Assembly: GCA_016187025.1 (NCBI GenBank)
Contig: JACPKM010000001.1
Location: forward strand, 43,188 to 107,187
Source: Candidatus Daviesbacteria bacterium
Lineage (GTDB): Bacteria; Patescibacteriota; Microgenomatia; Daviesbacterales; UBA10151
Length of the DNA: 64,000 nucleotides
Direction of reading: 5' to 3'
Below, in pieces: positions 45,655 to 54,994 of this stretch (within the stretch, counting starts at the first letter, position 1; the number at the start of each line of letters is the position of its first letter). Made by a program: the position numbers and the translations under genes. A model generated the notes under the pieces. That model did not search any database, had not been told where the DNA came from, and saw only the letters and a list, made by a program, of their open reading frames with translations.

Positions 45655-48030
45655 TCAAAGGCGAGCTCTTTGAACAATCTCTGCCTCAACCTTTACAGAG
45701 TCTCTTCCAAATTTTAGCCTTGATAGCTCTTTTATAGCCTGGGCAATTTGGAGATTTTTCATTTTATTTATCTTGTCAAAATCAGGCCTGGTATTAATAG
45801 AAAAGGGTACCACTGGCTCTCCGTTGACAATAGTTTTAACATAAGTATTAAATATTTCGACATTTACCAAATCTCTTTCAGAAAAAATAGGTGAAAACTC
45901 ATGTTGCAGGTAATTGGCATCTGTTACACCCACCCTAAAAGCAATTAAAGTACCAACATTTCCAAAAACAGCATTTTTTAGCTCTTCTCCAATCTGGCCA
46001 ATAAACTGGTTTGCAACAATTAGATTAAGTCTATACTTTCTTGCCTCAGACAATATTTCTGCAAATGTTTCTGTGGCAAAGTTTTGAAACTCATCTACAT
46101 ACAGGTAAAAATCCCGTCTTTGATCCATGGGCATATTTGCCCGGGACATTGCAGCTTGTAAAATCTTTGGCACCAAAATAAGTCCTAAGAAGTTGGAGTT
46201 TTCCTCCCCCATTTTTCCTTTTGATAAATTCATAATCAAAATTTTTCCATTATCCATGACATCTCTTAAATCAAATGAGGAATAACTTTGACCAATGATA
46301 TTTCTCATCATTTTGTTGGTAACAAAGCGGCCAAATTTAGAAACTGTGTAATCCAGCACCTCTGATTTGTGAAAGTCTGAGGTTTGGGCAATTTGATCAG
46401 TCCAGTAACGCCTAACAACAGCATCCTGTACTAAAGGCAAAAGCTCGCGGACAAACTCCGGATCTGTCATGATTCTCATTACCTCAACAAATGTACTGCC
46501 AGGCTTGGACATTACTGTTAGCATGGCATTTCTTACCCCATGCTCAAACCGGGGACCAATAATTCCGGTTTTGTTAGGATCAAAAAGCTTATACATTAAC
46601 CCGATGATTGAGGCTGTGACAAAATGTTTCTCCTGTTCAGATTTTGCCTCTAACATGTTTAAGCCAAAGGGTCTTTGCAAATCTGAAGGGTCAAAATAAA
46701 TTACATCTTCTGCTCTTTCAGGCGGTATTAGCTGAAGCAGGTCCTCTGCAGCGTCACCGTGTGGGTCAATAAAACAAACTCCTTTACCGGCATATATATC
46801 TTGCAAAAGCATAGCAAGCAACAGCTGAGTTTTTCCCATACCGGTCCGTCCTACGATATACATATGCCTTCTTCTGTCTTCTTCTCCGATAAAAATTGAC
46901 CTGGTTACCCCTCTAAAGATAGATTTGCCGATAAACATACCTGAAGATGGTATTTTTTCTGGAGCCGGAGCTTTTTTTGCATCTAGCCAGCTGATGTGAG
47001 GAGTTTCTATTGACTTATTAGGCAGATGAAAAATTGTTGATAGCTCATCGGGAGTTAAAACTGAAGGTGTAGCGTATTTTGGCTGATAACGATAAATTAA
47101 ATCAGTCATAAAGCCTTTCTCAGATGAAACTTTGGCTCCGGTAAACCCGTTATATGGACCATTAAACTGCTCAAAAGCGCTTTTCATATTGTTTAAATGA
47201 GCTTTAGCACTTTCTTTGGAGGTTGATGATGTAGCCAGTCTGATGGTTGCATAAAAACCACCTCTGGAAACCTTGGTTTCCACAGCCTCAAGCTGCTTGG
47301 CATCCGGAGGAGGTTTGGGATTATCAGGCTTTCCTGGATCTTTTTCTTTCTTTAACCAGCTTTTTCCTTTATCTTTCCATTTACTATCTGCCGGAGAAAT
47401 GATTAGTTGAACTGTTGCCCCTTCACTGGGCTGCATTTTTCCCAAGGCGGAAGTTAAAGCAGAGAGCGGATCGGTTGGTAAATCACGGTAAGTTTTTATA
47501 GGAAAATAGTCAGCGTTTTTAAGCTTAAATGATGAGTAGGCTGTAAAACCGTTTTCTGTAAAAATATTATACTCTGGTACTTCTTTGATCTCTGCATCCG
47601 GATAAGCTCCATTTATTTGTTTTTCCACCAAGTCTTGTAAGGATTTATGGCAGGAAATAAAAAACCTGATAGATTCATGTAAAGCAACTATTTCAAAAGA
47701 AAGATGAGGTTGAGGTTTAAAAGCCTCAAACAAACCACCTGATTTTCTCAAAGATGCAAGTGTTGCAAACATTTGTTCAGCTGCATCGATTTTAATCTCA
47801 TTACCTCTTGGAGCTTTAATTTGTAATAAAACAAACTGAAGAGAAGCTTTTTCCCTATCTTTGTATTTTATCCAGCCAACGAAATATTTCCTCAGGTAAA
47901 GAGTAAGTCCAATCAAAGCCATTACCAAAGCAACGATCCCCAAAACCGCCATTATCAAACTTAAGAAATCAGGACCTATTGCAGCTGTAGATCCACCTAC
48001 AGGTGCAACAACTTGTGGTGCAACCTCCAT
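45655..48030 (-). CDS. VirD4/TraD/TraG-like P-loop ATPase (type IV coupling-protein-like)
   Basis: N-terminal TM segment, Walker A IVGRTGMGKTQ, then DPHGD. 791 aa. Confidence 0.5.
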   Translation of the reverse strand: MEVAPQVVAPVGGSTAAIGPDFLSLIMAVLGIVALVMALIGLTLYLRKYFVGWIKYKDREKASLQFVLLQIKAPRGNEIKIDAAEQMFATLASLRKSGGLFEAFKPQPHLSFEIVALHESIRFFISCHKSLQDLVEKQINGAYPDAEIKEVPEYNIFTENGFTAYSSFKLKNADYFPIKTYRDLPTDPLSALTSALGKMQPSEGATVQLIISPADSKWKDKGKSWLKKEKDPGKPDNPKPPPDAKQLEAVETKVSRGGFYATIRLATSSTSKESAKAHLNNMKSAFEQFNGPYNGFTGAKVSSEKGFMTDLIYRYQPKYATPSVLTPDELSTIFHLPNKSIETPHISWLDAKKAPAPEKIPSSGMFIGKSIFRGVTRSIFIGEEDRRRHMYIVGRTGMGKTQLLLAMLLQDIYAGKGVCFIDPHGDAAEDLLQLIPPERAEDVIYFDPSDLQRPFGLNMLEAKSEQEKHFVTASIIGLMYKLFDPNKTGIIGPRFEHGVRNAMLTVMSKPGSTFVEVMRIMTDPEFVRELLPLVQDAVVRRYWTDQIAQTSDFHKSEVLDYTVSKFGRFVTNKMMRNIIGQSYSSFDLRDVMDNGKILIMNLSKGKMGEENSNFLGLILVPKILQAAMSRANMPMDQRRDFYLYVDEFQNFATETFAEILSEARKYRLNLIVANQFIGQIGEELKNAVFGNVGTLIAFRVGVTDANYLQHEFSPIFSERDLVNVEIFNTYVKTIVNGEPVVPFSINTRPDFDKINKMKNLQIAQAIKELSRLKFGRDSVKVEAEIVQRARL

Positions 48031-48044
48031 CTTCTACCTTTTTT

Positions 48045-48446
48045 CTACATATCTAATTTCTTTGCTTCTTTACTGTCTATTTCTATTTGCCCTGCTTTTT
48101 GCTGCTGTCTCTTTCTTAAAGGATTAATACCGATGACAGCGTCAGCTATTCTATACCAAATACTTTTTCCTGTCACAGGCTTTAACACAGATTCTGCCTG
48201 ATGCAAAACATCACCTGCAGTAGGAAAAGCGTTTGCACCGACTTCATATTTTTGCATACCCTTTAGCTCCTCAGCAGTAAAAACTCTGCTTTCGGGTGTG
48301 ATAGGACTGGCTTGATGATTCTCAAAGGTAGGAACCATTTTTTTGGCATTAGCTACCACTGAGTTTACAAAATCCTCATCTCTTTTTTCAGGAGTTGTAA
48401 GTTTACTGGCTATAGCAACTGATTCATCAGGCGGATACTGTTCCAT
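48045..48446 (-). CDS. hypothetical protein
   Basis: 133 aa, downstream of the TraD-like gene. Confidence 0.25.
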   Translation of the reverse strand: MEQYPPDESVAIASKLTTPEKRDEDFVNSVVANAKKMVPTFENHQASPITPESRVFTAEELKGMQKYEVGANAFPTAGDVLHQAESVLKPVTGKSIWYRIADAVIGINPLRKRQQQKAGQIEIDSKEAKKLDM

Positions 48447-48473
48447 AATTGATATTATCTCACATTTTTAAAT

Positions 48474-49184
48474 TTGCAACTTGGAATATTTTGTATGATA
48501 GGATTATTCCATATGCAGTTAAAGGTGGTCTCAAAAAAGCAGATAGCAGGTACTGCTAGTTTAATATTAGAAAAACCGCTAAACTTTTCCTTTTACCCAG
48601 GACAATTTCTGGATATTTCTTTGCCAATCGAGGATAGAGACAAAAGAGGAAACACCAGAGCTTTTACCATTACCTCATCCCCTACAGAGAATTTTTTGCA
48701 AGTTACCTTCAGATCCGGAATTAGCAATTTTAAAAAACATCTGCAAAATCTAAAACCCGGAGATCAAATTTATGCCACCCATCCATCCGGAACATTTATC
48801 CTTGATGACACAGAACCAGCTGTTTTTATAGCTGGCGGGATTGGCATTACACCTTTTAGAAGCATGGTCAAATATGCTGTTGATAATAACTTAGAAACTC
48901 CCATAACTTTAATTTATTCCAATTCAAACCCGGACTTTCTGTTTAAAGAAGCGTTCAAGGAATGGCAAAAACAGCTACCCAATTTAAAAATTCACTATCA
49001 CGATTCTTCCCGGATAGGTCATCTAAATAAAGAGTCTCTTTCCCCATACTGCATAATTCATAATTCATCTCCCATCTTTTATCTCGCTGGCTCCTGGTCT
49101 TTTGTAGACGGTATGGAAAAGATTCTTTTAGATTTAGAGATTGATCCAACCAATATCCGCTACGACCGCTTTGACGGCTACTGA
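48474..49184 (+). CDS. FAD/NAD(P)-binding oxidoreductase (ferredoxin-NADP reductase-like)
   Basis: RAFTITSSP (an RxYS-like FAD-binding motif) and GGIGITPF (NAD-binding). Confidence 0.6.
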   Translation: MQLGIFCMIGLFHMQLKVVSKKQIAGTASLILEKPLNFSFYPGQFLDISLPIEDRDKRGNTRAFTITSSPTENFLQVTFRSGISNFKKHLQNLKPGDQIYATHPSGTFILDDTEPAVFIAGGIGITPFRSMVKYAVDNNLETPITLIYSNSNPDFLFKEAFKEWQKQLPNLKIHYHDSSRIGHLNKESLSPYCIIHNSSPIFYLAGSWSFVDGMEKILLDLEIDPTNIRYDRFDGY

Positions 49185-49468
49185 TACCATATGACTTTTC
49201 CTAATATATCCTCTTCCTTTATCCAACCAAACGTTCTGCTATCAGTGCTCATCTTTTCATTATCTCCCAATATAAAAAGCTGGCGGTTATCCAGCATTTT
49301 TATACGCTTGACAATCTTTTTCCCATTTTTTGTAACTACCACTAAATCCCCTATTTTTAACCCCAATAGTTTCCACCAATTAAAACTTAAGATATCCTGA
49401 CCTGGTTTTAAAGTAGGGAGCATAGAGTTGCCGTATATAGTAAAACGGGAGAAAGGAGATAACTTCAC
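49178..49468 (-). CDS. sodX: Ni-SOD maturation peptidase SodX (S26 signal-peptidase-like)
   Basis: GNSMLPTL...GD motif; 96 aa; immediately downstream of sodN. Confidence 0.6.
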   Translation of the reverse strand: MKLSPFSRFTIYGNSMLPTLKPGQDILSFNWWKLLGLKIGDLVVVTKNGKKIVKRIKMLDNRQLFILGDNEKMSTDSRTFGWIKEEDILGKVIWYQ

Positions 49469-49893
49469 TTTTTAGAATCTTCAAAGGCTTGAGCAATTTT
49501 ATCTACTGCGTCTACCAGCTCTTGAGCTTTTAGTGCATCTACTCCTCTTTTGTTCTCAGAACAGAGTTTAGTTGTTTTCCAAACTAAATCATGCAAATCA
49601 GGGAATTTTTCCAAGTGTTCTGCTTTAAAATAGTCTGTCCACAAAATCAGTACCTCCCTCTTGCAAGTTTCTGCATGTTCTTCTTTGACCTTAACCATTC
49701 TGACAAAGTTGTTTCTGTCTGAAACTTCTGGATTCTCTCTTGGTAGCTGATTAATCTTTTGCACCATAGTTAAAACAGTCTTGGCCGCTAACTGTGCAGC
49801 GTGAGGATCATAGATTCCACAAGGAATATCACAATGAGCAAAGACTGGAGTAACTGGTAAAAGTTTATAAAGAGTATTCAGGATTTTACTCAC
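49465..49893 (-). CDS. sodN: nickel superoxide dismutase precursor
   Basis: Pro-peptide followed by the Ni-hook HCDIPCGIYDP; LWTDYFKAEHLEKFPDLHDLV matches NiSOD. Confidence 0.85.
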   Translation of the reverse strand: MSKILNTLYKLLPVTPVFAHCDIPCGIYDPHAAQLAAKTVLTMVQKINQLPRENPEVSDRNNFVRMVKVKEEHAETCKREVLILWTDYFKAEHLEKFPDLHDLVWKTTKLCSENKRGVDALKAQELVDAVDKIAQAFEDSKK

Positions 49894-49957
49894 ACATTTA
49901 TATTGTCTCCTTTCTAGGAAAATATTCAGTAATTAAAATTATAATAACGCCTGGCTT

Positions 49958-50614
49958 TTACCTCTGTTCTAACTTTCTTGAAAGTAACTCTCTCATAATA
50001 AGAATGTGTTCAGATGGAAAGGGATCTTCCTCCATGGTGCTCAAGCCTATTTGCCTTGCTACTTTTCTGCTGGCTATTCTCTCAACTACCTGCCTTGGGT
50101 CTGGTTCCTTATTGCTATGGAATCTAAGGTAATCTGCCTCTTGCCTTAACATATCTTCTACCTGACTGCGCGATCCATCCTCAAATGGATCTTTTATTAC
50201 AAATAGTTCTCTTGCTTCAGGTGGACAGGTTCTGTAAGCCCTGAGGAGTTTAATCCCCCTTCTAAGCAAATCAAAAACTTGTTCTATATGTTCTTTCTTA
50301 AGCGTGCCTCTGATACCTTGAACAGTGTAATACCCCCTTTCATTATCTTGAGGAAATACTGATATCAATATAAAGTGACCCTTACGAGAATACGGGGATG
50401 TGCTATTACTTATATCCACCCCAACTTTCCCTGTTGGGGAATAATTCTCCCGCGTTAGCTGAACTCCCAATGTCCACCTAAGTTGACTGGTAGCAGGATC
50501 AACCTCCGAAACGCTTATATTCCCTAGCTCCCCTCCTACTACTAATAATAAATTTTGGGATTGGGCTAATAACTCTCTAATTTCGCTTACTCTACTCCCT
50601 TCTTCTATACCCAT
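49958..50614 (-). CDS. hypothetical protein
   Basis: 218 aa; no family recognised. Confidence 0.3.
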   Translation of the reverse strand: MGIEEGSRVSEIRELLAQSQNLLLVVGGELGNISVSEVDPATSQLRWTLGVQLTRENYSPTGKVGVDISNSTSPYSRKGHFILISVFPQDNERGYYTVQGIRGTLKKEHIEQVFDLLRRGIKLLRAYRTCPPEARELFVIKDPFEDGSRSQVEDMLRQEADYLRFHSNKEPDPRQVVERIASRKVARQIGLSTMEEDPFPSEHILIMRELLSRKLEQR

Positions 50615-50686
50615 TAATTTATTATACTCCGTCCATTTGCCAATCCTTCTGTAGGCAATTTCACTTTTTCCAAATATTCTCCTACA

Positions 50687-50965
50687 TCAAAGGCTGCTTA
50701 ATTTTTCTTTAATCCACATTCTAGCCAGGGTAGTTGGGCCTACTCCTTTATGAAATGCTTTCTCGCGTAGTTTTTGAATGTCCTTTGGAGTAAATCTGAT
50801 AGTCAGTGTATCTGTTTTATTTGCTTGATGGAACCCAACTAAAGTTCCCTCATTGATCTCATCCAGAGCAGAATGTGTATCCCAAAAGTTTGCCTCTTCT
50901 TCCAATGTCTTAAAAGGCTTCATAGGTTCCATTGTCCCAGTTTTAACTATCTTAATTTTTACCAT
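50687..50965 (-). CDS. brnA: BrnA-family antitoxin
   Basis: ...EEANFWDTHSALDE... and a C-terminal RHH-like segment; downstream of and overlapping brnT. Confidence 0.55.
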   Translation of the reverse strand: MVKIKIVKTGTMEPMKPFKTLEEEANFWDTHSALDEINEGTLVGFHQANKTDTLTIRFTPKDIQKLREKAFHKGVGPTTLARMWIKEKLSSL

Positions 50966-51287
50966 TTTGTTCTCCTACCGTTTGCAAAACAAATTCCCGA
51001 TAAAAGCTTCGTTCTTCTCTGCTAGCAGGTCTAGCTGTAACTAACCCGTAAACACCCTTTTTTCTTCTTGATCCGATTACTACAGTCAGAAATCTGCCCG
51101 CTTTAGTCTTACCAATTAAAAGTAATTTATTTTCTCTACCTTTAATATAAACATAATTTTCATCGATAACTTCTCTTGCTTCCGATACCTTTACATGATG
51201 TTTCGCGATATGCTTATATCTGCTCTTTTCAACAATTAGTTGCTCAATTACAATATTCATTGTAACACATTGTCTTACACAAATCAA
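50952..51287 (-). CDS. brnT: BrnT-family (DUF497) ribonuclease toxin
   Basis: ...KHHVKVSEAREVIDE...LIGKTKAGRFLTVV...ARPASREER...; the likely start is the internal MNIVIEQ. Confidence 0.6.
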   Translation of the reverse strand: MICVRQCVTMNIVIEQLIVEKSRYKHIAKHHVKVSEAREVIDENYVYIKGRENKLLLIGKTKAGRFLTVVIGSRRKKGVYGLVTARPASREERSFYREFVLQTVGEQNGKN

Positions 51288-52216
51288 CCTTTTAGATTTT
51301 CCAAATATTCCTCCACATCTAAGGCAGCCTTAGTACCCATTCCTGCTGCTGTGACTGCTTGTTTATATCTTTTGTCTGCCACATCTCCTGCAAAAAATAC
51401 CCCTTGTACTGAAGTTTGCGTTTCATCACGGACTATAATATAACCTTTTTCATCCAGCTCCAGCTGGCCTTTTAAAAAACCTGTATTGGGTTTGTGCCCA
51501 ATTGCAACAAATACCCCCTCGATATCCAACGTGGTCATCTCAGAAGTCTTAACATTTTTAAGTTTTACCCCTGTAACTTTTTCCTCACCTAATACCTCTT
51601 CTACTATTGAGTCCCAAATAAACTTAACATTAGGCTTTGACTTGACTAGGTCTTGCAAAGCAGGCTGAGCCCTAAGAGAGTCTCTTCTATGAACTAGAGT
51701 AACTGACTTGCAATGTTTAGATAGATGCTGGGCTTCTCTCATCGCAGCATCCCCCCCTCCAACCACAATTACATTTTTGCCTTTAAAAAATAACGCATCA
51801 CAAACTGCGCAAGCAGAAACCCCTTTCCCTCTTAATCTTTGTTCAGAAGAAAGTCCAAGCCACATAGCTGAGGCACCTGTTGCAATTATTACCGAATCTG
51901 CTTTAATCTCCTGAGTTTCAGTTTTAATAGTGAAAGGTTTTTGCCTAAAATCAACGGATAAAACGTCTTCCGCCACAAAACGGGTATCAAATCTTTCGGC
52001 TTGCTGCCTCATTCTCATCATCAACTCAGGTCCCCCAATACCCTCCGGAAAACCAGGGAAATCATCGACATCAGTTGTTAGCATCAACTGCCCTCCGGCT
52101 TCTCTACCGGCAACAACTAAAGGATTTAGGTTACCCCGGGCTGTGTAAATTGCTGCAGTAAGACCCGCAGGCCCAGATCCAATGATAACAAGCTTTTCAA
52201 CTTGGGTATCTTTCAT
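51284..52216 (-). CDS. trxB: thioredoxin-disulfide reductase
   Basis: GSGPAG, redox-active CAVCD and GGGDAAMREA. Confidence 0.9.
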   Translation of the reverse strand: MKDTQVEKLVIIGSGPAGLTAAIYTARGNLNPLVVAGREAGGQLMLTTDVDDFPGFPEGIGGPELMMRMRQQAERFDTRFVAEDVLSVDFRQKPFTIKTETQEIKADSVIIATGASAMWLGLSSEQRLRGKGVSACAVCDALFFKGKNVIVVGGGDAAMREAQHLSKHCKSVTLVHRRDSLRAQPALQDLVKSKPNVKFIWDSIVEEVLGEEKVTGVKLKNVKTSEMTTLDIEGVFVAIGHKPNTGFLKGQLELDEKGYIIVRDETQTSVQGVFFAGDVADKRYKQAVTAAGMGTKAALDVEEYLENLKG

Positions 52217-52489
52217 TACTTCTCTCTACCTTCTCCTAGAGCTTGGCGTTGATTCTCTAGCTGAGGAGGTTGCTGTAGCAGAAGGCGAAGCTTCTATCAC
52301 GCCCATAGCAGTAGGGGTTGGTGTAACCTCTACTTCCTGGTTAACCTGGGGTGAAACTGGAGGCTGAAATCGACCTCTGAGCCACACCAGATATCCGGCT
52401 ATTACAACTAAAACAAGGATAATAACGACTATTGTTACGTTTCGGGTCACCTACTTAACACCTCCTTCGGACAGAAAGCTAAGGTTATC

Positions 52490-53164
52490 TTACACAAAGG
52501 TGGCCTTTGTTTCAACACTTTTATTTTTGGGTAAGATCAAAGCTGCAGCCAAAACCCCAAAGGCCACGCCTAAAATAGCTCCCCCTACCACATCAGAAAA
52601 CCAGTGCTCTCCTAAATAAATCCGTGTTAATGCCATAAAAAAGGCTAGGCCAACAAGAGCAGATAAGATAATGAACTTAACAAAAAGATTCATTGATGAA
52701 AACATCACCAAAAGAATGAATACTGTGATTAGAAAGTAAGTTCTGGCAACATGTCCTGAAGGGTAGGAAAAATTAGTATGAATGTAAAAACTTGGCAAGT
52801 GTGTTTCTATCACAGACCTATGCATAAAAACAGGAGTTCCGGGATGGTATAAAACAAGCTTACCAAAAATTTCAGCTGTTGTTGCAGGCACTATTAACAA
52901 CCATCCTACAAATGCCCAAAATTTAAGCCTTAAGATAGCCAAAAAAGCCATTACTAAAGCTATCCCCACTGTTATCTCTGCGCTTCCCAGTAATGAAAAG
53001 GAGGAGAATTCATCATCAAACGATCTCGGTATTCTGTCTTGTAACTTTACCGTAGTATCAAAATCCAGCTGAGTCCACATCTCTTTGGCAACTGTATAGG
53101 AGGCAATGGTAAATAGGATCAGGCAACCAACAAAAATTAACCACAAAAAAAGTTTTGATTTCAT
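52490..53164 (-). CDS. PAP2-family phosphatase (membrane)
   Basis: PSGH (SYPSGHVAR) and SDVVGGAILG motifs. Confidence 0.7.
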   Translation of the reverse strand: MKSKLFLWLIFVGCLILFTIASYTVAKEMWTQLDFDTTVKLQDRIPRSFDDEFSSFSLLGSAEITVGIALVMAFLAILRLKFWAFVGWLLIVPATTAEIFGKLVLYHPGTPVFMHRSVIETHLPSFYIHTNFSYPSGHVARTYFLITVFILLVMFSSMNLFVKFIILSALVGLAFFMALTRIYLGEHWFSDVVGGAILGVAFGVLAAALILPKNKSVETKATFV

Positions 53165-53174
53165 CGAAGATAAA

Positions 53175-53627
53175 CTACTCTGCCACTACACTACCACGCA
53201 AGGAAGCATTTAAATGATCATGATACCGGAAACTTCCCTTATCAGGAAAAGCTAAAGAACGTTTTTCTCCTGGCTTTAACAAATCTATTGTATTTAAGGG
53301 AGGATAATCTGTGTGTTGTGGGTGGGGAGAAGAATCTACCTGATGAGGCGCAGAGTCGTTATTTACCCAGGTGACAGTTTGCCCTGCTTTAATGCTAACG
53401 GTTTGGGGAGAAAAACCAGCTTTTGTAATCATTACAATAGCTTCTTGTTGTTGTGCAGAAGAAGAGGATTCCCCAGTTGCAGCCGGAGATGGAGTTACAG
53501 AAACATTGGTCTTAGAAGGTGTTTGCTGGGAAAGAGTCTGACTTTTACCAGAGTTAACAACAAGAAAGTATCCTACAATCAAAACAACTAAAACTATCCC
53601 CAAACCAACCACTAAGTTTCTGTTCAT
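53175..53627 (-). CDS. cupredoxin-like domain protein lacking the Cu-ligand Cys
   Basis: TVTWVNNDSAPH...FRYHDHLNASLRG parallels the cupredoxins at 60816 and 61425, but Cys is replaced. Confidence 0.4.
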   Translation of the reverse strand: MNRNLVVGLGIVLVVLIVGYFLVVNSGKSQTLSQQTPSKTNVSVTPSPAATGESSSSAQQQEAIVMITKAGFSPQTVSIKAGQTVTWVNNDSAPHQVDSSPHPQHTDYPPLNTIDLLKPGEKRSLAFPDKGSFRYHDHLNASLRGSVVAE

Positions 53628-53911
53628 ATCTTATCTTAATAATTAACATATCTTCAACTGAAAGTCCATTGTCTATTATTTTGAGGACTTGTTCATTTTT
53701 TCTTTAGTACCGGTAAACCAGTTTTTTGCACCTCCATTGCCTCAAATCCCTGAGGTAGCTCAATTGCATTTGAACCCATTTCCCGGGAAAAATAATATAT
53801 AGTTTGTTTTTTACCACTACCCCGCAGGATAACTTCTTTGCTATGCAAATAGTACTTTTGACCTCTTGAATTAGTGAAGTCGTAGGCCATATATACTAAT
53901 TTTCACCTCCT

Positions 53912-54172
53912 TTAAGTTTTATTTAAAACTCTTCCCATAAACAAAAGCAGTAAAGACCCAGCTATTGCAACCAGAAAAGTTTGGAGGTTAAAGACAGTTA
54001 CACTAACTCCAAATAATAAATTTCCCAAAAAGCCTCCCAGCAATGCCCCGGCAATTCCTAAAATAATTACGCCAAGAATCCCTCCTTTAGCAGGAGAAGG
54101 ATCAATTAAGTTTGCCACTACACCAGCTATAAATCCCAATACAATCCAAGATAGGACATTCATATAAAGCAT
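53912..54172 (-). CDS. GlsB/YeaQ/YmgE-family small membrane protein
   Basis: WIVLGFIAGVVANLI...GGILG...; a paralog is at 58208-58486. Confidence 0.7.
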   Translation of the reverse strand: MLYMNVLSWIVLGFIAGVVANLIDPSPAKGGILGVIILGIAGALLGGFLGNLLFGVSVTVFNLQTFLVAIAGSLLLLFMGRVLNKT

Positions 54173-54318
54173 ATTAATTTATCCCAATAAGAGAACAAAT
54201 AATTTTTTGTAAGAGTTAGGCAATAAATATACTGTTTTTTTTCTAAAAAATGTAAGAAAATTGCAATAATAACCTAGAGGGCCTTGCAGATTCTTTATAG
54301 TGGACGTTATAATCTCTC

Positions 54319-54993
54319 TTGATGGCTAAATCTATATTAATAGTCGAGGATGACACCGGCTTACAAAAGTATCTCAAAGAACTACTGCTTGATAACGGCT
54401 TTGTTGCCCAAATTGCTCCTGATGGAGTGACTGCTTTAAATAGCATATCTAAACTCCCACCTGATTTAGTAATTCTTGATTTGGGACTACCTAATATGAG
54501 CGGAGAAGCAGTGTGCTTGGAATTAAAGAAAAAGTATCCTCAAATCCCTGTAATAATTTTGACTGCAAAAGATAGTGTTTCTGATATTGTGCAAGGGCTA
54601 AATATGGGTGCAGATGACTATATGACCAAACCATTTGTAGCTGATGAGCTGCTTGCCAGAATAAAAGCAAGGCTGCGGATTAGTGGTGCAAGTGATGTAA
54701 CACTAAAAATTGCAGATTTAGAGCTGGACAACAATACTCTGGAGGTAAAACGGGATGGAAAAAATATCCAGCTTACCCCCCAAGAGTTTAAATTACTTCA
54801 GTATCTGATGAACAATAAAGGGAGGATTTTAACGCGGGAGATGATTTTAAACAGAGTCTGGCTTTACTCACAAGATATTGAAACCAGAGTGGTTGATGTA
54901 TACATGGGATATTTAAGGAAAAAGGTTGATAATGGTTGGGATAAAAAGCTTCTTCACTCTGTCAGGGGCTTTGGGTATATGATTAAAGAATAA
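54319..54993 (+). CDS. OmpR-family response regulator
   Basis: Receiver domain (DLVILDLGLP) plus a winged-helix trans_reg_C. Confidence 0.85.
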   Translation: MMAKSILIVEDDTGLQKYLKELLLDNGFVAQIAPDGVTALNSISKLPPDLVILDLGLPNMSGEAVCLELKKKYPQIPVIILTAKDSVSDIVQGLNMGADDYMTKPFVADELLARIKARLRISGASDVTLKIADLELDNNTLEVKRDGKNIQLTPQEFKLLQYLMNNKGRILTREMILNRVWLYSQDIETRVVDVYMGYLRKKVDNGWDKKLLHSVRGFGYMIKE

Positions 54994-54994
54994 C

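Noticed and set aside
45293-45658. ORF 45293..45658 (121 aa)
   Set aside because: It spans the tRNA-Ile gene and an AT-rich spacer, so it is not coding.
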